Shown here: positions 10,476-19,083 of the stretch, one piece after another
Position numbering within the stretch: position 1 is the stretch's first letter
How the letters are laid out: every line of letters starts with the position of its first letter
Source of the DNA: Candidatus Delongbacteria bacterium
GTDB lineage: Bacteria > Bacteroidota > Bacteroidia > Bacteroidales > ML635J-15
Assembly: GCA_027858215.1 (NCBI GenBank)
Contig: JAQIDD010000268.1
Span: 1 to 25,589 of the forward strand
Length of the DNA stretch: 25,589 nucleotides
Direction: 5' to 3'
Program-made: the position numbers and the translations under genes
The notes under the pieces: model-generated
The model's database searches: none
The model's input: the letters and a program-made list of their open reading frames with translations, nothing else
Told to the model about the DNA's origin: nothing

Positions 10476-12617
10476 ATGAAACCTGATTTTAAATCTGTAC
10501 ATATTAAAAGCAAACATTCAACGCTCACTGATAAAGAATGGGAAAAATCCCACGGCATCACCAAAGACCAGGAAACACCTGAAAAAATTAAGGTAAAACC
10601 TGTATATACCAAGCGTGACCTTGAGAGCATCAATCACCTCAATTACGCTGCCGGGATTCCTCCCTATTTGAGGGGCCCTTATTCAGCCATGTATGCAGTA
10701 CGCCCCTGGACCATCAGACAATATGCCGGTTTTTCCACTGCCGAAGAATCAAACGCTTTTTACAGGCGCAACCTGGCAGCCGGGCAAAAAGGCCTTTCTG
10801 TGGCTTTTGACCTGGCAACACACCGTGGGTATGATTCAGATCACGAACGCGTAACCGGTGATGTTGGAAAAGCAGGTGTTGCGATTGATTCTGTTGAAGA
10901 CATGAAAATTCTCTTCGATCAGATTCCACTCAATAAAATGTCTGTGTCCATGACAATGAACGGTGCTGTATTGCCAATCATGGCATTTTACATTGTTGCA
11001 GGATTGGAACAGGGTGCCAAGCCTGAAGAAATGGCCGGTACCATTCAAAATGATATCCTCAAAGAATTCATGGTGAGGAATACATACATTTACCCGCCTG
11101 AATTTTCCATGCGTATCATCTCGGATATTTTTGAATACACATCCCAAAAGATGCCAAAATTCAATTCCATATCCATATCGGGATATCACATGCAGGAAGC
11201 CGGTGCCACTAACGACATCGAGCTTGCCTACACCCTGGCCGACGGCCTTGAATACATTCGAACCGGGATCAATGCCGGACTGGATATTGATGCTTTTGCC
11301 CCCCGGCTTTCATTTTTCTGGGCCATCGGCAAAAACCATTTCATGGAAATCGCAAAAATGCGTGCTGCCCGTATGCTATGGGCTAAAATTGTAAAACAAT
11401 TCAATCCCAAAAACCCCAAATCCATGGTCCTGAGGACGCATTGTCAGACATCCGGTTGGTCATTAACAGAACAAGATCCGTTCAACAACATAGCCAGAAC
11501 TTGTGTTGAAGCTATGGGAGCCGCCCTGGGACACACACAGTCGTTGCACACAAATGCCCTGGATGAAGCCATTGCTTTACCTACGGATTTTTCAGCACGC
11601 ATTGCCAGGAACACACAGATATACCTGCAGGAAGAAACCCAGATCACACGACAGGTTGATCCCTGGGGTGGATCATATTATGTGGAAACCCTGACCAAAG
11701 AAATTGCAGACCGTGCCTGGGAACACATTCAGGAAATTGAAAGCCTCGGAGGCATGACCAAAGCCATCGAAACCGGTATTCCAAAAATGCGTATTGAAGA
11801 AGCGGCTGCCAGGACACAGGCTAAAATAGATTCCGGTGTTCAAACCATCGTAGGGGTTAACAAATACCGCCGCGAAAAAGAAGACCCCATTGACATCCTG
11901 GATGTGGATAATTCAGCCGTGCGGGAATCACAAATAAAACGCTTACAAAAACTGCGTGCAGAAAGAAATGAAGAGAAGGTACAAGCATCCCTCAACGCTA
12001 TCACAGAAGCAGTGAAAAACAAAAATGGAAACCTGCTAGAACTTGCTATTGATGCAGCCAAAAACCGTGCTACCCTTGGTGAAATTTCTGACGCATGTGA
12101 AAAAATTACAGGGAGGTACCAGGCCGTGATCAAATCTATCAATGGAATTTATTCATCTGAAAGCAAAAATGACAACCGCTTTGAAAAAGCAAGAAAACTT
12201 TGTCAGGAATTTGCTGAAAAAGAAGGGCGTCAACCACGGATTATGGTTGCCAAAATGGGCCAGGATGGCCATGACCGGGGCGCCAAAGTGGTTTCTACCG
12301 GCTATGCCGACATCGGTTTTGATGTGGACATCGGTCCGCTTTTCCAAACCCCGGCAGAAGCTGCCCGGCAGGCGGTGGAAAACGATGTACACATATTGGG
12401 CATCAGCTCCCTGGCTGCAGGCCACAAAACACTTGTCCCTGCCGTGATGGAAGAACTGAAAAAACTTGGCCGCGAAGACATCATGGTGATTGTGGGTGGC
12501 GTTATCCCGCACCAGGATTATGAAGAGCTTTACAAACAAGGCGTGGCGGCTATTTTCGGACCAGGATCATCCATCTCTGACGCGGCTATCCGCATACTCC
12601 AAATTTTGTGCAAATGA
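10476..12617 (+). CDS. scpA: Methylmalonyl-CoA mutase large (catalytic, B12-binding) subunit; start re-assigned to ATG 10476
   Basis: [48 protein letters not shown] and the B12 motif [12 protein letters not shown]. The track start at 10362 overlaps mutA; ATG 10476 follows the mutA stop with an A-rich leader and gives 713 aa. Confidence 0.96.
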   Translation: MKPDFKSVHIKSKHSTLTDKEWEKSHGITKDQETPEKIKVKPVYTKRDLESINHLNYAAGIPPYLRGPYSAMYAVRPWTIRQYAGFSTAEESNAFYRRNLAAGQKGLSVAFDLATHRGYDSDHERVTGDVGKAGVAIDSVEDMKILFDQIPLNKMSVSMTMNGAVLPIMAFYIVAGLEQGAKPEEMAGTIQNDILKEFMVRNTYIYPPEFSMRIISDIFEYTSQKMPKFNSISISGYHMQEAGATNDIELAYTLADGLEYIRTGINAGLDIDAFAPRLSFFWAIGKNHFMEIAKMRAARMLWAKIVKQFNPKNPKSMVLRTHCQTSGWSLTEQDPFNNIARTCVEAMGAALGHTQSLHTNALDEAIALPTDFSARIARNTQIYLQEETQITRQVDPWGGSYYVETLTKEIADRAWEHIQEIESLGGMTKAIETGIPKMRIEEAAARTQAKIDSGVQTIVGVNKYRREKEDPIDILDVDNSAVRESQIKRLQKLRAERNEEKVQASLNAITEAVKNKNGNLLELAIDAAKNRATLGEISDACEKITGRYQAVIKSINGIYSSESKNDNRFEKARKLCQEFAEKEGRQPRIMVAKMGQDGHDRGAKVVSTGYADIGFDVDIGPLFQTPAEAARQAVENDVHILGISSLAAGHKTLVPAVMEELKKLGREDIMVIVGGVIPHQDYEELYKQGVAAIFGPGSSISDAAIRILQILCK

Positions 12618-12620
12618 AGG

Positions 12621-12650
12621 TTTGATTTAGAACGAAATATCGTATCTTAG
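12621..12650 (+). promoter_or_regulatory. Candidate sigma-A promoter for the VOC gene
   Basis: TTTG (12621-12624), 18-nt spacer, TATCTTAG (12643-12650), a one-mismatch TAnnTTTG. Confidence 0.5.
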
Positions 12651-12695
12651 TCTGATTAAAACATAAAATTTCAAACCTGTTTAATTATAAAATCT

Positions 12696-13058
12696 ATGAA
12701 ATTTTGCTGGAGTACATTGCGGGTTAAAAACCTTGAAGAATCTTTAAAATTTTACGAGGAAATCATTGGTCTTTCTGTAAATAACAGATTCAAAGCCGGG
12801 CCTGATATTGAGATTGCCTTTTTGGGCGATGGCGAAACCAAAGTGGAGCTTATTTGTCATAAAAACGGCGGTGATATCAATGTCGGGCCGGATATTTCAT
12901 GGGGTTTTAAAGTGGATTCCCTGGATGATATGATGAAAGTTGTAAAAGAAAAAGGCATCACCATTGAAAGCGGCCCCGTTCAGCCGAGTCCGCACACCCG
13001 GTTTTTCTTCATCAAAGACCCAAACGGCATGAAGATACAGCTTGTGGAGCAGATGTAG
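12696..13058 (+). CDS. VOC (glyoxalase/bleomycin-resistance/dioxygenase) family protein
   Basis: 120 aa with TLRVKNLEESLKFY..IIGL, ISWGFKVDSLD and FFFIKDPNGMKIQLVE, typical of the paired beta-alpha-beta-beta-beta VOC fold. Confidence 0.88.
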   Translation: MKFCWSTLRVKNLEESLKFYEEIIGLSVNNRFKAGPDIEIAFLGDGETKVELICHKNGGDINVGPDISWGFKVDSLDDMMKVVKEKGITIESGPVQPSPHTRFFFIKDPNGMKIQLVEQM

Positions 13059-13323
13059 GAATTTTTCCGTGAAAAGCAAAAAGTGTGGTGGCAGATTTCA
13101 ACAGTGATTTACATTCCACATGTCCGGGCAGTTTGTTTTTCTTTCATTTGCGATTGGTGAGCAACAGCAACACAATGGTAGAAAAAGAGAAGCTTAAAAA
13201 ATGTCCCTAACAACCGCCGCCACCTGATCCAAATGCCAGGTCTTTATGTGATAACTTACTGATAACCTATACGGATTTTATGGCGGTGTTGTGATGCACA
13301 AAACAAGTAAGCATTACCCATGA

Positions 13324-14208
13324 TTAACAATCCATGCTGCATGTTGCTTCCACCTTTTCATTTTCAATCTGAAGGGTGGTGTGGTTGATTCCAAACTTGC
13401 GTTTGAGTTTTTGCTGCAAATCGCCAATAAAATTGTCATCAACACCTTCAGGGATAATCAGGTGGGCCGTCAACGCTACCTTTGTTGTGCTTATTGCCCA
13501 GATGTGCAGGTCGTGAACGTTTTCTACGCCCTTTTGTGCCAGCAGAAATTCCCTGACTTTTTCGAGATTGATGTGCTTGGGGACGGCATCCAGGGCTAAA
13601 TCGAGAGAGTCGGTAAACAAACGCCATGTACTCCACAAGATAACAATCATGATGATTAAACTGGTTACCGGGTCAATCCAATGTTTTCCGGTGAGGTTGA
13701 TTAATAAACCTGCCACCACCACACCCAGTGACACCCCGGCATCGGCTGCCATGTGAAGATAAGCTGCCTTAATGTTCAGGTCGTCTTTCTGGCCTTTCAT
13801 AAAAAGCAAAGCCGTAAGGGTATTGATAACAACACCAATGCCTGCAACCATCATGACCTGGCTGCCTGCCACAGGTTCGGGATTTTTAAATTTCCCAATG
13901 GCATCCCAGCCAATTATAGCCACCGCCCCAAACAGAAACAAGGCATTCAGGATGGAAACAAGAATGGTGGTTTTTCGAAGACCGTAAGTGTATTTTCCTT
14001 TGGGTTTCATTGATGCCAGGCATATAGCGGTCCAGGCAAAACCAAGTCCGAGCACATCGCTGGTATTATGCCCTGCGTCGGCCAGCAGGGCAGATGAATT
14101 GGAAATCAAACCATAAACAACCTCAACAACAATGAATATTACATTTAAAGCTATGCCCAGGGCAAAAGCCTTACCATAACTTTTGTTTTCGGTGTGCAAA
14201 TGTGCCAT
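13324..14208 (-). CDS. Cation diffusion facilitator (CzcD-like Zn/Co/Cd) transporter
   Basis: 294 aa, six hydrophobic segments, SALLADAGHNTSD (TM2), LHMAAD (TM5), C-terminal VHDLHIW and HTTLQIE motifs. Confidence 0.92.
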   Translation of the reverse strand: MAHLHTENKSYGKAFALGIALNVIFIVVEVVYGLISNSSALLADAGHNTSDVLGLGFAWTAICLASMKPKGKYTYGLRKTTILVSILNALFLFGAVAIIGWDAIGKFKNPEPVAGSQVMMVAGIGVVINTLTALLFMKGQKDDLNIKAAYLHMAADAGVSLGVVVAGLLINLTGKHWIDPVTSLIIMIVILWSTWRLFTDSLDLALDAVPKHINLEKVREFLLAQKGVENVHDLHIWAISTTKVALTAHLIIPEGVDDNFIGDLQQKLKRKFGINHTTLQIENEKVEATCSMDC

Positions 14209-14357
14209 TGCGTTATTCTTTCCTTTCGGTTTTTAATAAACACAGCTGTCTGTTTTGTGTTTTCCTCTTTTGCACCATCAGGAGCAGGGTGACGGAAAAT
14301 CCCTCTCGCCATTTTTTCTACAGTGCCTGATCAACAAACAAGTGCTTATTAAACTAT

Positions 14358-14365
14358 CAAAAATA
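14358..14365 (-). promoter_or_regulatory. Candidate -7 box upstream of the CDF gene
   Basis: Reverse complement TATTTTTG matches TAnnTTTG, ~150 nt upstream of the ATG. No clear -33 box, and the AT-rich context allows a chance match. Confidence 0.35.
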
Positions 14366-14547
14366 ATAATTTATTTCAACAATATTGTAAGACGTAACTA
14401 AAGCCCGGAATAAAGCCTTTCCATCAGCTTATGTATTTTTAAATATGAATGCACGTGGAATGTTTAATGGGTAACGGGAAAATGAAGTTTGCCGTTTTTA
14501 CCAAACAGATCAAGAAGGTCGAAGGTGTGCCACTAAGAACGGTAAAA

Positions 14548-15873
14548 TCAATCTTTTACACACCTGACAGACAGCCCGCTGATTTTAACGCTTGAGCTAA
14601 GTTGTGCGTCCTCAAGATAGTAAACAAGGTCAAGGCTTGCTACATTGTCTGCCCCGAGTTCTGTTGAAGACCAGAAATCTGCTTCTTCTTCTTCAAATCC
14701 GGCATTTTCTCCAGCGGCTATAACACTGAATCCACTACGGTTTCTGTATGAGGGATAATCTTCATTGCCGGGGACACCCTCCGTAGTCGATGATTTCCAT
14801 GATGAGGTACTGCAAAGCGCTTTGGCTGTTTTGTTGTTGGTTGTGTAATCATTATCATCATCTACACTGCCATCATAATTATATTCATTATTTTGGAGGG
14901 CAATGATCATGTCTTCAAACTCTGTCTTTGAGGGGACATGCCAGCCAGTGGGACAAAGATTTCCGCTATTGACTGCTGCAAAATTATACAGTGCACCATA
15001 GGTTGAAGCGTAGGAAGCACTATCATAAGCACAGTAACAACGCCCACCTGTTGTAAGATCAATCCAGGTCGCCTGATCCGGTATGTTGGGAATGGGCACA
15101 TTGTTGTTGTATTTTGAGGTGCGCAGGTTTTCAGCCATCCATATCGTTCCGACAATTTCCACTACCGTATATTTGTTGCCGTCCGTATCAACACAATCTT
15201 CAAAAAAGACTGTCAAATGATTATCATCAGTGATATTATATACATATATCCTGGAGTATCCTTCGCCCCAGGCTTTGAATATTAAAATATCATCCTCATC
15301 ATATTGCCAGTCAACAAGGGTGCCTGCCCTGGTGTTCTTTTTTTTGAGTGTTTCTTCTGTCTCACTGGCGCTGACCGGGACAATTTGCATGGAAGCACCG
15401 GGATTTCCTGTTGTATTTAATGTTTCTGATAATTGCAGGTTTTCTGTTACCATGGAAACGACATAATTTCCCCGACTTAATCCAGTCAGTTTATATGTGT
15501 TTGTTCCACACGTAACATCAAGAGATTGAGATATGATTTTTCTTCCTGCCATATCATACACAAAAAATTGTGCATCATCGCTGCCATCATTCCAAAATTC
15601 CACGAAAGCGTATCCGCTTGCCGGATTAGGGTACACCGACAATTGATTGCCGGTATGCTGTTGATCAATATTTTGCACCACATCCACAAGGTGTAGTGTG
15701 TCATCTCCGTTCACCGTAATGGTTTTTCCCTGGGTAATGTTTTCTACTTGTATGCTGTCAACCTGATCGGTGGGCGTATCAATAGCATAAGCGCTAAAGG
15801 TAACATTATAATCCTGGGCTAAAAGGGGGCAGCTTAACAAAACTGCGGTAAGCAATAGAAGTGTGTTTTTCAT
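14548..15873 (-). CDS. Secreted FISUMP (Fib_succ_major) domain protein with an internal T9SS type A-like domain, paralog A; start re-assigned to ATG 15873
   Basis: Signal peptide MKNTLLLLTAVLLSCPLLA|QDY. Internal VYPNPA...VYDMAGRKI...GLSRGNYVV. C-terminal WMAENLRT...YGALYN...LCPTGWHVPS...GFS..AAG...FWSST...SVRCVKD. Confidence 0.88.
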   Translation of the reverse strand: MKNTLLLLTAVLLSCPLLAQDYNVTFSAYAIDTPTDQVDSIQVENITQGKTITVNGDDTLHLVDVVQNIDQQHTGNQLSVYPNPASGYAFVEFWNDGSDDAQFFVYDMAGRKIISQSLDVTCGTNTYKLTGLSRGNYVVSMVTENLQLSETLNTTGNPGASMQIVPVSASETEETLKKKNTRAGTLVDWQYDEDDILIFKAWGEGYSRIYVYNITDDNHLTVFFEDCVDTDGNKYTVVEIVGTIWMAENLRTSKYNNNVPIPNIPDQATWIDLTTGGRCYCAYDSASYASTYGALYNFAAVNSGNLCPTGWHVPSKTEFEDMIIALQNNEYNYDGSVDDDNDYTTNNKTAKALCSTSSWKSSTTEGVPGNEDYPSYRNRSGFSVIAAGENAGFEEEEADFWSSTELGADNVASLDLVYYLEDAQLSSSVKISGLSVRCVKD

Positions 15874-15886
15874 AGTATTCGTTTTT
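15809..15886 (-). repeat. 78-bp direct repeat, copy 1 (translation start and signal peptide of FISUMP A)
   Basis: 75/78 identical to 17231-17308 by manual alignment. Confidence 0.9.
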
Positions 15887-15960
15887 AGCATAATATAATA
15901 ATTAGAGGGACATGTTTTTATGAGAATATTAAAATCCACAATAAAAATGGTTTTTGACAT

Positions 15961-17295
15961 TTAGTCCATTACACACCTGACTGAATAGCCATTAAATATG
16001 TCTGAGAATAACATTCTGGCGTCCACACGGTGCCAATCTATCTGAAAACGCCACGCCATATCCGGAATGGGAATGTATTCTGTCGCGGTCCAGAAAGTTG
16101 CGTAGCGTGAATAGGACAATCCGAAATTATTGATTGTGCTTCTGGTCCCTGCTGCCAGTGCAGAGAATCCACTGCGGTTTCTGTAGGACAGATAGTCATA
16201 ATTGCCGGGAGCGCCTTCCACATCGCTATTGGTAAATGAGTATGTGGCGCCCAGGGCTTTTGCTGTTTTGTCGTTGGTGGTGTAATCCCCGTCACCATCA
16301 GTAGTTCCATCATAATTATACTCGTTGTTTTGCAGAAAAACCATTAAGTCTTCAAATTCTGTCTGTGATGGCACATGCCAGCCATAAGGACAAAGATCTC
16401 CATGTGTTGCCGCCGCATAATTGTACAAAGCTCCGTATTCTTCTGAAAACGAGACACTGTCGTTGAGGTAGTAGCAGCGGGCGCCTTCGGTGGTATTGTT
16501 CCAGTCGGCAGTATCCTGAAGGTTCAAAATGGGTACGTTATTGTTGTACTTTGTGGTTTTCAGGTTTTCTGCCATCCATGTTACACCGTTAATGGTTGTT
16601 ACTGTGTAATCATTACCGTCAGGATCCTGGCACTGCACTAAATTGAAAGACAGGTTGATATCTGAGGTTATGTAATACACCTTGATGCGGGAGTATCCCA
16701 GAGCCCAGGCTTTAAATATCAGGATATCTCCGTCATCATACTGCCATTCCACCAAGCCGTCAGCTTTGGTGGATTTTGTGCTCAGCTTGCTTTTGGTTAA
16801 TGCTGTTTTTTCGGCATGCAGGTTACCATTGTGGTTACCATTAAAAATAAGCTTACGTGAATATGTCAATGCATCTGTTGCCAGGCTAAGGATATATACA
16901 CCACGGTTTAATCCTGAAATACGGATACGGTTTTTACCGGCAGTGGCTTTTATTTTACGGAGGAGCAAACACTTACCACTGACATCGCTTATGGTCAGCT
17001 CTGCTGAGGTGTTCTGTTCGCTGTAAAATTCAAGGTAGCTGCATTCCGTAGCGGGATTTGGATACAGGCTGACGTCCGAGGTACTTTCCAAGTTCTCTAT
17101 GTTGCTAACCACACCCAGCAGGTGCAGGGTATCCTGTCCGTAAACAGTAATGGTTTTATCCTGGGTTGTGTTTTCAATTTCCACGCTATCAATTTGCGTG
17201 GCAAGACCGTTAGCACTGAAACCCACTTTGTAATCCTGGGCTAAAAGTGGACAGCTTAACAAAATTGCGGTAAGCAATAGAAGTGTGTTTTTCAT
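15961..17295 (-). CDS. Secreted FISUMP domain protein with an internal T9SS type A-like domain, paralog B; start re-assigned to ATG 17295
   Basis: Signal peptide MKNTLLLLTAILLSCPLLA|QDY. Internal LYPNPA...ISDVSGK...GLNRGVYIL. C-terminal WMAENLKT...YGALYN...LCPYGWHVPS...FWTAT...YSVRCVMD. Confidence 0.88.
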   Translation of the reverse strand: MKNTLLLLTAILLSCPLLAQDYKVGFSANGLATQIDSVEIENTTQDKTITVYGQDTLHLLGVVSNIENLESTSDVSLYPNPATECSYLEFYSEQNTSAELTISDVSGKCLLLRKIKATAGKNRIRISGLNRGVYILSLATDALTYSRKLIFNGNHNGNLHAEKTALTKSKLSTKSTKADGLVEWQYDDGDILIFKAWALGYSRIKVYYITSDINLSFNLVQCQDPDGNDYTVTTINGVTWMAENLKTTKYNNNVPILNLQDTADWNNTTEGARCYYLNDSVSFSEEYGALYNYAAATHGDLCPYGWHVPSQTEFEDLMVFLQNNEYNYDGTTDGDGDYTTNDKTAKALGATYSFTNSDVEGAPGNYDYLSYRNRSGFSALAAGTRSTINNFGLSYSRYATFWTATEYIPIPDMAWRFQIDWHRVDARMLFSDIFNGYSVRCVMD

Positions 17296-17308
17296 AGTAT
17301 TCGTTTTT
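17231..17308 (-). repeat. 78-bp direct repeat, copy 2 (translation start and signal peptide of FISUMP B)
   Basis: 75/78 identical to 15809-15886. Confidence 0.9.
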
Positions 17309-17337
17309 TTACGATTACATAACTGCATTAGCTTGTC

Positions 17338-17345
17338 CAAAGATA
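17338..17345 (-). promoter_or_regulatory. -7 promoter box for the FISUMP pair
   Basis: Reverse complement TATCTTTG, an exact TAnnTTTG match 42 nt upstream of ATG 17295. Confidence 0.6.
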
Positions 17346-17473
17346 TAAAAAATATTCTTTCATACATATATAAAATTGGCAATCTTATGCTGCGTTTAAT
17401 TGATGCAATAACTTATTTTTACGCAAAGGGTGAAAAACACAAAGAAGAGCTCATGCAGAGGCGCAGTATGAAT

Positions 17474-18721
17474 TTAGTATCTTTTCCTGTTGCGGGATTT
17501 GTTTCTGTTGGCAAAAAACTCCTGTTTTCTTCTTTGTTTTTCTTTTTCAAATTGTTTTTTCTCATGTGTGTTCATGGGCCTTTCGGTTTGTGGGAAAGGG
17601 TTGTCCGCGATGGTGGAGATTTTACCATGGATGAGTTTTTCAATACTATTGATCCTGGCGTTTTCTTCCGGTTCACATAAGGAAATGGCTGTACCGGATT
17701 CACCTGCCCTGCCTGAACGGCCAATGCGGTGGACATAGGTTTCAGCGACTTCGGGGATATCGTAGTTGATAACAAAACCAAGCTGTTCAATATCAATGCC
17801 CCTGGCAGCAATATCCGTAGCTACCAGCACCCTGACTTTCCTGTCTTTGAATTGTTTCAGGGACTTTTGCCTGTGATTTTGAGCTTTGTCACCGTGGATA
17901 GCTGCTGTGGTGATGTTTTGCTTTTTCAGGTTCCTGGTGATTTTATCGGCGCCGTGTTTTGTCCTGGAAAAGAGGAGTACCTGATCAAGCTCCTTGTTTT
18001 CAAGTATATGGTTGAGTAATTCTTTCTTTTTCGACTTATTCGTGTAATACAGGTAATGTTTGATGGTTTCTGCAGCATAAGAAGCCGGATTTACTGCTAC
18101 TTTTTCCGGGTTGTGGAGAATTTTTCGTGACAGCGCAATGATATCTTTAGGGAGGGTGGCTGAAAAAAACAGCGACTGGCGTTGTGCAGGCAACATGGCG
18201 ATGATTTTCCGGATATCGTGAATAAAACCCATGTCCAGCATGCGGTCAGCTTCATCAAGCACGAAATATTCAATGTTATTCAGGTGAATATATCCCTGGT
18301 CTATGAGGTCAAGCAACCTGCCGGGGGTAGCCACCAACACATCCACACCATTTCTGATATCGTTGGTTTGCTTATGCTGGCTTACGCCGCCATAAATAAC
18401 GGTATTCCTGATGCCGGTATATTTGCCATAGGTTGAAAAACTTTCGCCGATTTGAATGGCAAGCTCGCGGGTAGGCGTGATGACAAGGGCTTTTATGGTG
18501 CGGCTGTTTTTGTTATGGTTGCTTTCCTGGTACAAGTGTTGCAGTATGGGAATGGCAAAAGCCGCGGTTTTTCCGGTGCCAGTCTGTGCACTGCCCATGA
18601 GGTCTTTTTTATTGAGTATGAGGGGAATTGCTTGTTCCTGTATTGGTGTTGGCTCAATGTAATGTTCTTCTTTCAGCGCCTTTAAAACTGGCGCAATAAT
18701 TGATAATTGTTCAAATGTCAT
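17474..18721 (-). CDS. DEAD/DEAH-box RNA helicase (RhlE-like)
   Basis: Q motif (EPTPIQ), AQTGTGKT, PTRELA, TPGRLLD, VLDEADRMLDMGF, SAT, TDIAARGID, HRIGRSGRAG, short basic tail. Confidence 0.96.
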   Translation of the reverse strand: MTFEQLSIIAPVLKALKEEHYIEPTPIQEQAIPLILNKKDLMGSAQTGTGKTAAFAIPILQHLYQESNHNKNSRTIKALVITPTRELAIQIGESFSTYGKYTGIRNTVIYGGVSQHKQTNDIRNGVDVLVATPGRLLDLIDQGYIHLNNIEYFVLDEADRMLDMGFIHDIRKIIAMLPAQRQSLFFSATLPKDIIALSRKILHNPEKVAVNPASYAAETIKHYLYYTNKSKKKELLNHILENKELDQVLLFSRTKHGADKITRNLKKQNITTAAIHGDKAQNHRQKSLKQFKDRKVRVLVATDIAARGIDIEQLGFVINYDIPEVAETYVHRIGRSGRAGESGTAISLCEPEENARINSIEKLIHGKISTIADNPFPQTERPMNTHEKKQFEKEKQRRKQEFFANRNKSRNRKRY

Positions 18722-18795
18722 GTGTGATAATGTATTAAATATCTCCCAAAGAAGTCAGGAGTTTCCTATGTTATTTGAGGGATTGTTTTAAAATG

Positions 18796-18803
18796 CAAAG
18801 GTA
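18796..18803 (-). promoter_or_regulatory. -7 promoter box for the helicase
   Basis: Reverse complement TACCTTTG(CA), an exact TAnnTTTG match 74 nt upstream of the ATG. Confidence 0.65.
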
Positions 18804-18865
18804 ATCATTTTTTTGTTACGTCCGCATTATGATGCCTTTGATTTCAAAAATGTTTCATTTACCCT

Positions 18866-19064
18866 GCTTGTTTGGTTTTGTGCTGCAGATACAATGCGCC
18901 AGGTGGGAGGCGGATATCCTCTTTTTTTTTGCATCAGAAGCATGAACCGTAGCAGCATAGCGACAGGTGGAGCTCATGTCTGCAAGCGTGAGTGCCTGCT
19001 GCAAAAAAAGAGATAGGAGCCGTACACCGCCCGGGCGCACAAATAAATAATGAACAAACAACAA
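18866..19064. ncRNA. Candidate structured RNA or long imperfect inverted repeat, strand undetermined
   Basis: Nested complementary segments: tgcgcc 18895-18900 / ggcgca 19034-19039; ggcgg 18909-18913 / ccgcc 19027-19031; tatcctc-T9-gca 18915-18933 / tgc-A7-gagata 19000-19015; two small apical hairpins. No family identified. Confidence 0.4.
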
Positions 19065-19083
19065 ACTGGAATAATATCTCACT

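Noticed and set aside
13059-13323. 265-bp gap between the convergent VOC and CDF genes
   Set aside because: No convincing terminator, ORF or repeat found; only weak ccgcc/ggcgg complementarity.
14529-14538. gccactaaga, the same 10-mer that opens the palindrome at 21836
   Set aside because: No complementary arm or iterated subunits nearby; could be chance.
14340-14547. Possible DGR template repeat downstream of FISUMP A
   Set aside because: No similarity to either 3' end and no AAY-rich copy; no reverse transcriptase in the window.
15874-15960. 29-aa N-terminal extensions on both FISUMP ORFs (also 17296-17382)
   Set aside because: The downstream MKNTLLLL signal peptides are canonical, and the paralog B extension would span its own -7 box.
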